A DNA stretch of 64,000 bases from Candidatus Gottesmanbacteria bacterium UBA6580 (GTDB lineage: Bacteria > Patescibacteriota > Microgenomatia > UBA10105 > UBA927), in the NCBI GenBank assembly GCA_002433895.1, contig DJJA01000003.1, forward strand, positions 511,745 to 575,744, written 5' to 3'. The position numbers and the translations under genes were made by a program. Positions 1 through 9,462 of this stretch are shown piece after piece. The notes beneath the pieces were generated by a model that saw only the letters and a list, made by a program, of their open reading frames with translations, was not told the DNA's origin and did not search any database. How positions within the stretch are numbered: the first letter of the stretch is position 1; every line of letters starts with the position of its first letter.

Positions 1-1024
1 ACCAGACAACAAGGTGGTTTTCTTTTTTCCGTAATCCGCTGATAAGCCAAACGACTCCGAGAAGAAGAAGCGGCGCTTCAATTGGGTGCAGATTGCCATA
101 GCCCTCTATGTTGTGTGCTCGGTTACCTCCACCTTTGATAAAGAGAAATTCGGGTCCGTATGACCGGAGATAATTCTCAAATACCGTACGTACGGCGTAC
201 GTGATGCGGTTATGGGTAAGCCGTGCTGCGAGTGAATGAGGATCACGGTGCTCCTGTCTCGGAAGTTCAATGTGGTTATGTATAACCGTCGGGTCACCGA
301 AAATGCTTATGCCGCTTATTTTCGTGTGATCAGCAGAGAAAGTGACTGAAAGGATTGTTAGCGTCAGTATCACGCCGATGCCCAACGCTATCCAGAAGCG
401 CGGTATTTTTATAAGCTGCTGACGGTAAAAAAATAGTATGCCGGCAAGGAGCAGCGACGTGAATATGTGATTACCGTGGTAGGTATAATACGTCAGCGAA
501 AAGATCACGGCTGCTGCAATAAGGAAGGCGAGCGATTTCTTTTTTACCGCCAACAGATACCAGATAGTGCCGAGAATAGTAAATAGTACTGCGGTAATTG
601 CTTCGGACTCGACCCGCGAGATATGGATATGCCAGGGCATGATCGCGAGCACGAGTGATGAAAGCAGCGCGATAGTTTCTGAAGCAAACAGGAGCTTTGC
701 GAGATAGTAAATTGCAGCGACACTCATAATGCCCGCGATTGCTGAAGGTAACCGTACTGCCAGCTCAGAAAGGCCGAATATTTTTACAAAAGGTATGGTG
801 GTATAGATATACAGCGGTAGCTTCCAGTCTCCGAACGATTCGAAAGACAGTGGCAATAATCTTCCATACTCGTCCTTACCGGTGGTTGCGAGTGAGTATG
901 CAGTGTACCCTATGCTTGCTTCATCGCGGTTGATCCCCGGAGGAACGTTATCGAGATTATAGAGCCGTAATGCCGCCGCAAGAAGGATGATAATGATAAA
1001 AAAATACCGGAAGTTAATTTTCAT
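1..1024 (-). CDS. PMT_2/ArnT-like GT39-family membrane glycosyltransferase, paralog B0 (5' complete, 3' end runs off window)
   Basis: Hand translation of the minus strand from ATG at 1024 gives MKINFRYFFIIIILLAAALRLYNLDNVPPGINRDEASIGYTAYSLATTGKDEYGRLLP...AVRLPSAIAGI...LFIKGGGNRAHNIEGYG, collinear with the three + strand paralogs at 7719-12792. It is absent from the ORF track because no stop codon falls inside the window. Confidence 0.7.
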   Translation of the reverse strand, partial: MKINFRYFFIIIILLAAALRLYNLDNVPPGINRDEASIGYTAYSLATTGKDEYGRLLPLSFESFGDWKLPLYIYTTIPFVKIFGLSELAVRLPSAIAGIMSVAAIYYLAKLLFASETIALLSSLVLAIMPWHIHISRVESEAITAVLFTILGTIWYLLAVKKKSLAFLIAAAVIFSLTYYTYHGNHIFTSLLLAGILFFYRQQLIKIPRFWIALGIGVILTLTILSVTFSADHTKISGISIFGDPTVIHNHIELPRQEHRDPHSLAARLTHNRITYAVRTVFENYLRSYGPEFLFIKGGGNRAHNIEGYGNLHPIEAPLLLLGVVWLISGLRKKENHLVVW

Positions 1025-3251
1025 TTCTTTTTTGGCGAATAATGACGAGTAGTATGATTGTCGCACTGAGGCTCATGATACTCAAGAGCGCGCCATAGGT
1101 CGCACTTTTCGGATGATATTTTATGGTTACCGTGTGAGTACCCGCGGGTACTTCAAGTTTTTTCAGTTGTTCTTCAGTGGGGTAAATTGGTGTTGGTGTG
1201 GTATCTACCCACGCGAGCCAGCCCGGATAATATGTATCGGTGAGCACCAGGGTGCCGGCAGATGAGCTTTCCGTCCGCAAGGTGATATGTTCCGGCGCGT
1301 AAGCACTGATTGTGACTTTCCCTGTATTTAGCGAGGCGCGTGGTTGAGCACGTGTATTTTCATATACTATCCAGTCCTCATATGAATATACTTTCCGGAA
1401 AATATTCGGAGGATATACACCTTCATCACTCCCATTTTCTACGCGATCCAGTATGTAACGTACACTAAGAGCGTTTAATACTTTTTGTTTGTGTATATCC
1501 GACAGCCCCCCGTCACCAAATCCGGATACGATGGCGGCATCAGATCGTGTTGTGTTGTCAAACGCAGCAAGCGGTTTTCCCGTTTTATATGAATAGAGGA
1601 ATTGTCCGTACGATTTAGGATAAAGCGGGTCGTAGCCTTCAGGAGAAAACAGGTGATACTGGGAAGCAAAGTTCGCGGCAATATTTGCGGTGCCATACCC
1701 CCAGTACCGGTCTGGCGCTTGGCTTTTGAGATACGTGATGATCGGGTGGTCAGGAAAAACGAGTGATCGTTCCGCGAATGGGTTAAAACGGTTAAAAAAG
1801 ATAAATAAGTCTAATGTGTGAACAACAAGAAGTATGATAATGGCGTGCGCCCGCCATTTGGGAAGCGCTATGGCAATCCAGAATAATGAAAGTGTCGCGG
1901 CTGAAATAATTGCGCCGTAGAAAAGAGCCCGTATTGCTATCGGGGCATGGATAGTAAGCTCGGGAATAACCGGAAGCTTAGTAAATATTACAAGAAAAAC
2001 AAAGAGCCCGATTACTTCCAGTGTTCTCCGTACAAGTTTTTTAATTGAGTGTGTATCGGACATCCAATAATCGAGTCCCAATCCGCACATCATGGCAAAA
2101 GAAAAAGCAAAAAGAAACGACATGAGTGTTGGGCTGCTGGAGGTAAAAATCGGCACCGGTATCCGGTAGAGTACAGCAGTAATTGGGTGCGCGGTAATAA
2201 GGAGCAGGGTAATAGCGGTGGCTCCGGTAAACCATTTTGTGATGGTGTCTTTCCGGCGGAATGCGGAAAGCGAAAAAAACAACGGTACTAGCCCTATGGT
2301 TGTAACTTTGCCCACAAACGTATCTGTCGGCCAATAGGTGCGGGTGGCTGGGTTGCCAAAAAAATTAGGAAAAGGGAGGGAGAGTAATTGGAGCGGCTGG
2401 ATAAGTATTTTTGTAAATAAATTAGTGGCATCATGCGGCGAGCGTGCAGCATGCATGATGAGTTCAATGCCCGGGAGCAATTGAATACCGGAAATGCCTA
2501 TGCCGAGTGCCGTACATCCCCCTATATATGTCCACATTGTTCGCTTCGCGCGGAACCCGGTGTATATAAGGGTAAATACCAGCGTATACCCATAGACTTG
2601 CGGGTGGCCCGCAAGTAGTGACGCAGCATGCGCGAAGGTGAGTAATCCCAAGCTTGATACCTGTGGTTTTTCCCGGAGGTGCTCGATACAAAAAAGCATG
2701 AGTGGCAACCAGAGAATAACGTGTCCTATGGTGTTGTATTCGAGCCATACCGCCATAAAACCGGAAAACCCGAAAGACAGCGCAGCAAGGAGTGCACCCT
2801 GATACTGCATACCAATTTTCCGGCTATATATGTAGGTAAAAAGCGTGGCGAGGAATGGCTGCAAGATGATCAATAGAGTCCACGCGTCGATTTGAGAGAG
2901 CCACAGGTACAGCGCTCCTAGTGGGTACAGCGCGGCGCTCTGAAAATTAGCAAGGAGCGGAGCTCCTGAAAAATTATACGGGTTCCATAGGGGCAGCTTT
3001 CCTTGACGTAATGCTTCGACCACAAGCGTTTTCCAGGGATACATTTGCCGGATAACATCGGGATATTGTGCTTTATTCGGAACACCCCCTTCGCCATAAC
3101 CGAGATAGGAGGTGGACCGCCACGGCTGGAAATCGCTGACTAATATATCAGCAGGAATAGGTACTTTTCCGGAAAAAATTGTTTGATAAAAGAATAGCGA
3201 TATGATGCCAAAAAGAAAAATGAAGATGAATAGCCACTCGTTTTTTTTCAT
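1014..3251 (-). CDS. YfhO-family polytopic membrane protein (GT-C-type glycosyltransferase candidate) with a C-terminal extracytoplasmic domain
   Basis: Long ORF with many predicted TM helices. N-terminal region reads ...YPWKTLVVEALRQGKLPLWNPYNFSGAPLLANFQSAALYPL, typical of YfhO proteins. C-terminal YYPGW motif, a final TM helix and a basic tail. Start placed at the internal ATG 3251 (MKKNEWLF...), which forms an ATGA overlap with the upstream gene stop. Confidence 0.65.
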   Translation of the reverse strand: MKKNEWLFIFIFLFGIISLFFYQTIFSGKVPIPADILVSDFQPWRSTSYLGYGEGGVPNKAQYPDVIRQMYPWKTLVVEALRQGKLPLWNPYNFSGAPLLANFQSAALYPLGALYLWLSQIDAWTLLIILQPFLATLFTYIYSRKIGMQYQGALLAALSFGFSGFMAVWLEYNTIGHVILWLPLMLFCIEHLREKPQVSSLGLLTFAHAASLLAGHPQVYGYTLVFTLIYTGFRAKRTMWTYIGGCTALGIGISGIQLLPGIELIMHAARSPHDATNLFTKILIQPLQLLSLPFPNFFGNPATRTYWPTDTFVGKVTTIGLVPLFFSLSAFRRKDTITKWFTGATAITLLLITAHPITAVLYRIPVPIFTSSSPTLMSFLFAFSFAMMCGLGLDYWMSDTHSIKKLVRRTLEVIGLFVFLVIFTKLPVIPELTIHAPIAIRALFYGAIISAATLSLFWIAIALPKWRAHAIIILLVVHTLDLFIFFNRFNPFAERSLVFPDHPIITYLKSQAPDRYWGYGTANIAANFASQYHLFSPEGYDPLYPKSYGQFLYSYKTGKPLAAFDNTTRSDAAIVSGFGDGGLSDIHKQKVLNALSVRYILDRVENGSDEGVYPPNIFRKVYSYEDWIVYENTRAQPRASLNTGKVTISAYAPEHITLRTESSSAGTLVLTDTYYPGWLAWVDTTPTPIYPTEEQLKKLEVPAGTHTVTIKYHPKSATYGALLSIMSLSATIILLVIIRQKRNEN

Positions 3252-4882
3252 GCGTGTTGTTTTTTGCGGCTCGACAGGAGCAGTAATCCCATCATGCATA
3301 TAAACGAAAGTGCAGTCACCCCTTCTGCTATCTGGCGGATAGCAGACTCCTCCCAGACAACCCGTATCGTATGTGTCCCTTTTGGCAGACTAAATGTGAT
3401 AAGCCCCCGCCAATTTTGATCCTGAAATTCAATCGGAAGTTTTTGTCCGTTGTTATACACTCTCCAGCCGGGAAAGTACTGCGTACGGTCAACAACCTGC
3501 ACATCTGTTTCCGCATGTACGGTAAATGTATGTATTGTTCCTTTTTTGGTTGCATCGGTAATCGTGCCCGTACCGCTCGCGAGCTCAAACCGCTTTTCTG
3601 GATATGAGCCAGCGGGTCCAGCCGACCAGATAATATCCGTCTCTCCGAAGTATGTGGTGTTTAACGGATAATCCCAAAAATATTTTTCATCTACCCGGTC
3701 AAAGCCAAGCGGGGGCCGGAAATACACGCCGGCACTTATGATGCTGATAAGTGAAATGCTTATAAGCCAGGGAAATGGTATTTTTTTCCAAACGAGTACC
3801 ACCCCCCCTAAAAGTGCCAGTGATAGCGTGGTGAGATTGAGGAGTCTCCAGGGAAATTGAAACATGCGAAGTATAGGGATATTAGCCCAGAAAAATTCTG
3901 AAACGGGTTGCATAACAAAAAGGGCGGCAAGCGTCAGAAATATGGCAAACCATGCCAACTTGTTATGACTGCCTGTTATTTTTTTCTTGTACAGGAGATA
4001 TGCGGCAGAAATGAGGGCAATAACCTGCATCAGCCCTAAAGTTACTGCGATCCCGCCGGTGAGGAGTGTGCCGTTGTTTGTGAAGTTGGGTATGAAGAAA
4101 TTCTGAAGCGGCGCAAAGTGGGATTTATACATATCTTTCATAAATAGATCGCCATAGGTGAATTTCCGCTCAATAAGCGCCGGGAGCCAATAAAATGCGG
4201 AAAGTCCAAGCCCTAATGCGAGGGCACTAAGCGCAGTTATTCGTTTTTTATTGTCGGGGGCAAATACAAGCGCAAAAAGTACCGCAACGCCGAAAAAGAC
4301 GAGGCTGACGGCATTATGCGACACGATAAGGAGCAGTGTAGCGACACTGATAAGTACCACATTTTGCGCTGTATTCTTTTCTTCAAAGCTCCGTGTAATT
4401 GTGTAGAGCACCAATGGAATAAACGCGAGTGCGTACCCTTCTGCCATGTCGCCGCGGACGACCAGATCAACCAGATGAAACGGCGCAAACTGGTAAAGCA
4501 TGGTGGCAACAAACGCTCTGCCTTCATGTTTAAACAACCGCAGGGAAAATAGGTACATGAACACGCCTGATAATAGAAAACTAATAAGGAGCGCGAATTT
4601 AAATGAAAAAACCAAACCGCCTCCGAGAGCCACCGGTATGGAAGTTACCAGATAGGGTATATGGTAAATAAAATTGAAAAGCGGCATGCCATAGCCATAG
4701 TTAAGCTCCCCAGCCCACCGGGGAAGCAGTTGGCCTTCTGTGAGGGCCTTGTAATATGCGGCGATACGCGCAAAATGAACCGGACTGTCATGCGTGTGGG
4801 GAGCAAGCGGGGTCGTGAGTATGCTAATAAACGGCAGGAATGAAATTGCAATAACGAGGATATAATGTTTTAATGATTTCAT
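3248..4882 (-). CDS. YfhO-like/GT-C membrane protein, paralog A1 (HD-x3-H / PRW...GYG.P family)
   Basis: 544-aa ORF. N-terminal motifs HTHDSPVHFARIAAY and LPRWAGELNYGYGMPLFNFIYHIPY are shared with the ORFs at 14345 and 18424. Multi-TM core, then a C-terminal soluble domain with YFPGWRVYNNG and a final TM helix. Confidence 0.6.
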   Translation of the reverse strand: MKSLKHYILVIAISFLPFISILTTPLAPHTHDSPVHFARIAAYYKALTEGQLLPRWAGELNYGYGMPLFNFIYHIPYLVTSIPVALGGGLVFSFKFALLISFLLSGVFMYLFSLRLFKHEGRAFVATMLYQFAPFHLVDLVVRGDMAEGYALAFIPLVLYTITRSFEEKNTAQNVVLISVATLLLIVSHNAVSLVFFGVAVLFALVFAPDNKKRITALSALALGLGLSAFYWLPALIERKFTYGDLFMKDMYKSHFAPLQNFFIPNFTNNGTLLTGGIAVTLGLMQVIALISAAYLLYKKKITGSHNKLAWFAIFLTLAALFVMQPVSEFFWANIPILRMFQFPWRLLNLTTLSLALLGGVVLVWKKIPFPWLISISLISIISAGVYFRPPLGFDRVDEKYFWDYPLNTTYFGETDIIWSAGPAGSYPEKRFELASGTGTITDATKKGTIHTFTVHAETDVQVVDRTQYFPGWRVYNNGQKLPIEFQDQNWRGLITFSLPKGTHTIRVVWEESAIRQIAEGVTALSFICMMGLLLLSSRKKQHA

Positions 4883-4928
4883 GCGTGCCCTGTCCTTATA
4901 GGCATTATAACAAAGAATACTTCATGAC
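4883..4928. promoter_or_regulatory. Very compact divergent intergenic region (46 bp) that must hold promoters for both strands
   Basis: Contains TATAGGCATTATAAC between the divergent start codons at 4882 (minus) and 4929 (plus). Confidence 0.25.
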
Positions 4929-6419
4929 ATGAGAGTTCGGTACATATTGGACTGGTGGAAGCTCGGAATTATTTTTGTCGCCACCCTGCTACGGGTCTAT
5001 AGGCTGGAGACGCTCACGGAGTTTTTGGGCGATCAGGGGAGAACGATGCTTATTATGCGGGATTTTGTCTCGCAAGGAGTTGTGCCGCTTGCAGGCCCCA
5101 CCACACTCTCCGGACATCATTTAGGCCCGATATTCTATTATTTATTATTACCCGGCTATCTATTGACTGGTGAGCCTGTGGGGGTTTCATTGTGGATGGC
5201 GGTGCTTGGGGTAGTTGCCGTCTTTTTGATCTATGAAGCGGTTCGTCAGATGTTTGATATAGGTACGGCCCGGGTTGTTGCGTTGCTTTGGGCAGTATCT
5301 CCGGTATTGGTACGGGCTGACCGGATAATTTGGGAACCAAACCTCGTTCCGATGTTCGGAGTTTTATTTATCTACTTATTATATAAAGCCTACGGGTCAT
5401 GGCGGCCAAGTGCGTGGTTTGGGTTAGGGGTGACGGTTGGGGTATTGGTCCAATTGCATTATCCAAATATATTTTTTGTGGGTCTTACGGGGCTGGTGCT
5501 GTTGGTACCGCTTGTTAGGAAAAGCCGATCGTTGCCCGAGGTAGTACGGGTAACGCTCTCGTGGGTAGCCGGGTTTAGCATCATACTGCTCCCATTTTTG
5601 TGGCATCAGTATACCGTGGGGTTTAAAGATGTGATAGGTATAGCGACGGTTATTGGTGAGGGTGTTGGGGTGACGCTGGGGAAACGGGCGATGGTGTCGG
5701 TCGGCTTGGATTATGCGTATAGAGTATTAGGAAGGGCCGTGCCATGGATGAGTAGGGAACCGGCAGCACTACTTTTGGGTTTGTGGGCTCTTTTCGTCTG
5801 TTTCAGGCCTACGGTGAGAAATATATTTTTTTCCGTATGGTTTGCCGGAGGAGTAGCAGCGATGCTCCGGTATAGCGGTGTCGTGCACGACCATTATTTA
5901 TTTTTTATCGTACCGGTACCGTTTCTTATGCTTGCATCCGTTGTTCACAGCGCGAAACCGGGGGTATGGCGGAATATTCTGTATACTGCAGTAATCATTG
6001 TGTGTTTCGTTCAATTATCACTAACGGATATTTTTCGCACAGGATCCGCGGATATTCCAAGAGTAAAACATGCGGTGGCACTCATGAGTGATATCGTAAA
6101 AGATAAAGACTTTTCATTTACTCTGGTTAATACGGCTTCCTATTCGGATCTGCATTACCGATACTATATGAAGGTTGCGGGTATCCACCCAAAGCCTGCG
6201 GTTGCGGGCGGTTATGCCCGGTTTGTTATCGTATGTGACCGTCCTGATTGCCCAACAGTTTCGGAGCTATCCCGGAGAGAGCAGTTGCCTATACTATGCT
6301 ATGAAGAGCATTGTTCGGAATATTATCCGAGCATCCCGCTATCTTCACAGTGGATATATGCGAAAGACATTCCGGTTACCAATAATTTGGGAAGGCTGTA
6401 TATATTTGACGCCCGGTAA
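4929..6419 (+). CDS. Polytopic membrane protein, GT-C-type glycosyltransferase candidate (ArnT/PMT-like)
   Basis: 496 aa, about 11 hydrophobic helices, with an early loop motif LGDQGRTMLIMRDF. Transcribed divergently from the A1 gene across a 46-bp gap. Confidence 0.45.
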   Translation: MRVRYILDWWKLGIIFVATLLRVYRLETLTEFLGDQGRTMLIMRDFVSQGVVPLAGPTTLSGHHLGPIFYYLLLPGYLLTGEPVGVSLWMAVLGVVAVFLIYEAVRQMFDIGTARVVALLWAVSPVLVRADRIIWEPNLVPMFGVLFIYLLYKAYGSWRPSAWFGLGVTVGVLVQLHYPNIFFVGLTGLVLLVPLVRKSRSLPEVVRVTLSWVAGFSIILLPFLWHQYTVGFKDVIGIATVIGEGVGVTLGKRAMVSVGLDYAYRVLGRAVPWMSREPAALLLGLWALFVCFRPTVRNIFFSVWFAGGVAAMLRYSGVVHDHYLFFIVPVPFLMLASVVHSAKPGVWRNILYTAVIIVCFVQLSLTDIFRTGSADIPRVKHAVALMSDIVKDKDFSFTLVNTASYSDLHYRYYMKVAGIHPKPAVAGGYARFVIVCDRPDCPTVSELSRREQLPILCYEEHCSEYYPSIPLSSQWIYAKDIPVTNNLGRLYIFDAR

Positions 6420-6462
6420 AGCCGCGTAGTCAGAACCGGCCTGATTTAGTACAATAAAAGCT

Positions 6463-7722
6463 ATGTTGGCACAAGTTTTGGACGCAATACTCCTTTTTGC
6501 TTTTTCCATCCCCGTGGTCATGAAATACCGGATTTTGCCAGTTGAAGGCACTCCCTATTGGTTGTTCGGTGTGCTATTTACCATTCTCGCATCACATTGT
6601 TACATATCGCTATATCCCGCGGCGCTCGGGAGATTCCGAAGCCGTTTAGGAAGTATCAAAATGTTTTTTCTGATAGTCACGTTGTGTATCACTCTTGGAG
6701 GAGTTACTGTTACGGCGATGTTTGACCGGGCAAAAACTGCACCTGTGTATGGAGTGCACGATATTATCTTGCAGCAGGAAGCGGCGATGCGGTACCTTAT
6801 CGTGGGTAAAAATCCTTACAAGGAAACATATTTTGGTACTGCCGTTGAAGACTGGCACTATGGCGAATTAGGAAAAGATGCGGTAAATCCGGCGCTATAT
6901 CATTTTGTAATGCCGCCCTGGTATCTGTTATTTCCGTTTGCTTTTTATTACACCGGAATTCCATTGCTTGGATTTTTTGATGGCCGTATGGCGCTACTAT
7001 TTACCATGGCATTATTGCTGGTAACACTTTGGTATTGGTACCGGGATAAAACAATTGCGCGGATTGCGATCACCCTCACGGCTCTTTCTCCCTCGGTTGT
7101 CGATTATTTTGTTGAAGGGAGGAGTGATGTATTTGCGCTTGCCTGGCTTATGGTAGCGATGCTCCTCGTCCGCTACAAACAGTACGTATGGAGCGGTGTA
7201 TTTTTGGCACTCAGCTTTTTAAGTAAGCAAACAACATGGTTTATCCTGCCGTTTTTTGCACTATTTCTTTGGAGTAAAAATGTAAAAAATACCGCCGTAT
7301 TTTGGCTGACTGCGATTGTATCTGGAGCGGTAGTTAGCGTGTTTGTCATTCCGTTTTTACTCTGGGATGCCCGCGCGTTTGTCGACAGCGTGCTGCTGTA
7401 CTTAACAGGAAATACGCCAACCAGTTATCCGGTGAGCGGCTATGGTTTAGGCATGATGCTGTATGATGTTGGTGTTATCCGGGATATCCACGCGTATTAT
7501 CCGTTTATCTTATGGCAGCTTGCCATCGCGTTACCGTTCCTTATTATCGTGCTGCGCTGGCTTTGGAAGAAACCGACTGAATCAGGGGTGATGATTTCCT
7601 ATGCGTTGTTCCTTTTTGTGTATTGGTATTTGAGCAGATACTTTAACAATAGCCACCTTGGGTATTTGTCGATGCTTTTTGTATTGGGAGGGCTTAAGGC
7701 CGCGGACGAAACGAACACATGA
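6463..7722 (+). CDS. Polytopic membrane protein, GT-C candidate (possibly DUF2029/GT87-like mannosyltransferase type)
   Basis: 419-aa multi-TM ORF containing VDYFVEGRSDVFALAWLMV...LSKQTTWFILPFFALFLW. Its stop forms an ATGA overlap with the next gene. Confidence 0.4.
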   Translation: MLAQVLDAILLFAFSIPVVMKYRILPVEGTPYWLFGVLFTILASHCYISLYPAALGRFRSRLGSIKMFFLIVTLCITLGGVTVTAMFDRAKTAPVYGVHDIILQQEAAMRYLIVGKNPYKETYFGTAVEDWHYGELGKDAVNPALYHFVMPPWYLLFPFAFYYTGIPLLGFFDGRMALLFTMALLLVTLWYWYRDKTIARIAITLTALSPSVVDYFVEGRSDVFALAWLMVAMLLVRYKQYVWSGVFLALSFLSKQTTWFILPFFALFLWSKNVKNTAVFWLTAIVSGAVVSVFVIPFLLWDARAFVDSVLLYLTGNTPTSYPVSGYGLGMMLYDVGVIRDIHAYYPFILWQLAIALPFLIIVLRWLWKKPTESGVMISYALFLFVYWYLSRYFNNSHLGYLSMLFVLGGLKAADETNT

Positions 7723-9341
7723 AACGATTAACGTTATCCGGAATTATTCTTTTGGGCATCATGCTTGCCGCATTGGTGCTGCGTACATATAACATCAGCA
7801 GTAACCCGCCGGCTATTTCTTGGGATGAAGCCTCTATTGGATACAATGCGTATACCATATTGACGACCGGCAAGGACGAGCACGGAAAATTATTGCCGAT
7901 CGATACATTTGCCGCGTTTGGGGATTACAAACCACCGATACCCATTTACTTAACAGTGCCGTTTGTTGCTCTTTTGGGTCTGAACGAAGTGGCAGTACGG
8001 CTTCCATCTGCTTTTGCCGGCGTGCTGACCGTTTGGGTGCTGTATTTGCTGGTGTTGGAATTGTTCAAGAGCATGAAAAACAATACGGTAATGGCGTTGT
8101 TATCGGCCGCGGTACTTACGGTATCGCCATGGCATATCATGCTTTCCCGTGCTGGTTTTGAGGCAAATATTGCGTTGCTGTTTTTAGTCACCGGAGCGTG
8201 GATGGTCTTAAAAGCCCGGGAACATCCGGTGTATTTTTATGTTTGCTGGTTGCCGTTTGTCGCGGGAATTTATACCTTTAACAGCACGCGGTATGCCGGG
8301 CCACTGATTGCGGCTTCTCTCCTTGTATACGTGTATCCTTTTATAAAGGTTGCCAAGAAACAATTTATAGCAGGGCTCATCATTGCCGCTATCGCAATAC
8401 TTCCTATTTTCCCTCACCTGGTATCAAAGCAGGCGCGTCTCCGGTTTGAAGAAGTGAGTATATTTACGGATCTGCGGACAGTGCTTACTTCTAACAGTCG
8501 CCGAGAACTTGATGGATTTACCTGGTGGTCAGCAGTGCTGCATAACCGGAGAGTGGGGTATGCGCGTGAATATCTTATTCATTTTTTTGACAACTTGGAG
8601 CCGAGGTATCTGTTTATAAAAGGTGATGGTAATCCAAAGTTCTCTATTCAGGACGTGGGCCAATTGCTGTTGGTGAGCGCGCCGTTTGTCGTCATTGGTT
8701 TATTACGGCTAATCAGGGATTATCCCGGCCTTGCGTTGCTTTTAGGGTGGTGGTTATTTGCTTCCATAGCGCCTACGGCAGTTGCGCGCGAGACGCCGCA
8801 TGCACTGCGTACTGAAAATGGGCTTCCGGTGTACATGATTATTACCGCGTACGGAATATTCACCAGTGTTTTGGGAGCCGTGCGGACGAAAAAAATATGG
8901 CTGCTTTCGTTTTTATATCTTATTCTGTTTGCCGGAAACTTTTCGTATTTTTGGCATAATCTTATGATCCATTACCCGAAAGAATTTTCCGGTGAATGGC
9001 AGTATGGCTACAAACAGGCAATTGAACTGGTGCAGTTAAAGAGAAGTGAGTACGACACCGTGGTACTCACTGAGAGTATCGGTAGACCGTATATTTATGC
9101 GCTTTTTTACGAACGGATGCCGCTTCTGCAATTTGAAAACACAAAAGACGCCTCCTTTGATGCGGCTGGATTTTACAATGTCTACGGTTTCGGACCCTAT
9201 CGGTTTACTAAGGAAAGCGTTGGGAAGTATGAAGGCAGAACCCTTTATATCCTGCCGCCAAAAGATGTCCCCGACGGGGCGGTTATCGTTAAATCAATTA
9301 ATTTATTAAACGGTACGCCGGTGCTGGTTGCATTTGAGTAA
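7719..9341 (+). CDS. PMT_2/ArnT-like GT39-family membrane glycosyltransferase, paralog B1
   Basis: N-terminus reads ...NPPAISWDEASIGYNAYTILTTGKDEHGKLLP...DYKPPIPIYLTVPF...AVRLPSAFAGVLTVW, a PMT/ArnT-type first loop with the acidic DE motif. 540 aa, multi-TM. Confidence 0.7.
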   Translation: MKRLTLSGIILLGIMLAALVLRTYNISSNPPAISWDEASIGYNAYTILTTGKDEHGKLLPIDTFAAFGDYKPPIPIYLTVPFVALLGLNEVAVRLPSAFAGVLTVWVLYLLVLELFKSMKNNTVMALLSAAVLTVSPWHIMLSRAGFEANIALLFLVTGAWMVLKAREHPVYFYVCWLPFVAGIYTFNSTRYAGPLIAASLLVYVYPFIKVAKKQFIAGLIIAAIAILPIFPHLVSKQARLRFEEVSIFTDLRTVLTSNSRRELDGFTWWSAVLHNRRVGYAREYLIHFFDNLEPRYLFIKGDGNPKFSIQDVGQLLLVSAPFVVIGLLRLIRDYPGLALLLGWWLFASIAPTAVARETPHALRTENGLPVYMIITAYGIFTSVLGAVRTKKIWLLSFLYLILFAGNFSYFWHNLMIHYPKEFSGEWQYGYKQAIELVQLKRSEYDTVVLTESIGRPYIYALFYERMPLLQFENTKDASFDAAGFYNVYGFGPYRFTKESVGKYEGRTLYILPPKDVPDGAVIVKSINLLNGTPVLVAFE

Positions 9342-9462
9342 TATGCCGGGTAGTAGAATTTCGACACGATTTCGTTTCGTTGCCGGAATATAGACTGCCC
9401 AAATTTATATTGTATTGTTGATAAAATGAAGGGATATTGAAATCTTGTCATCGTAAAAAGCA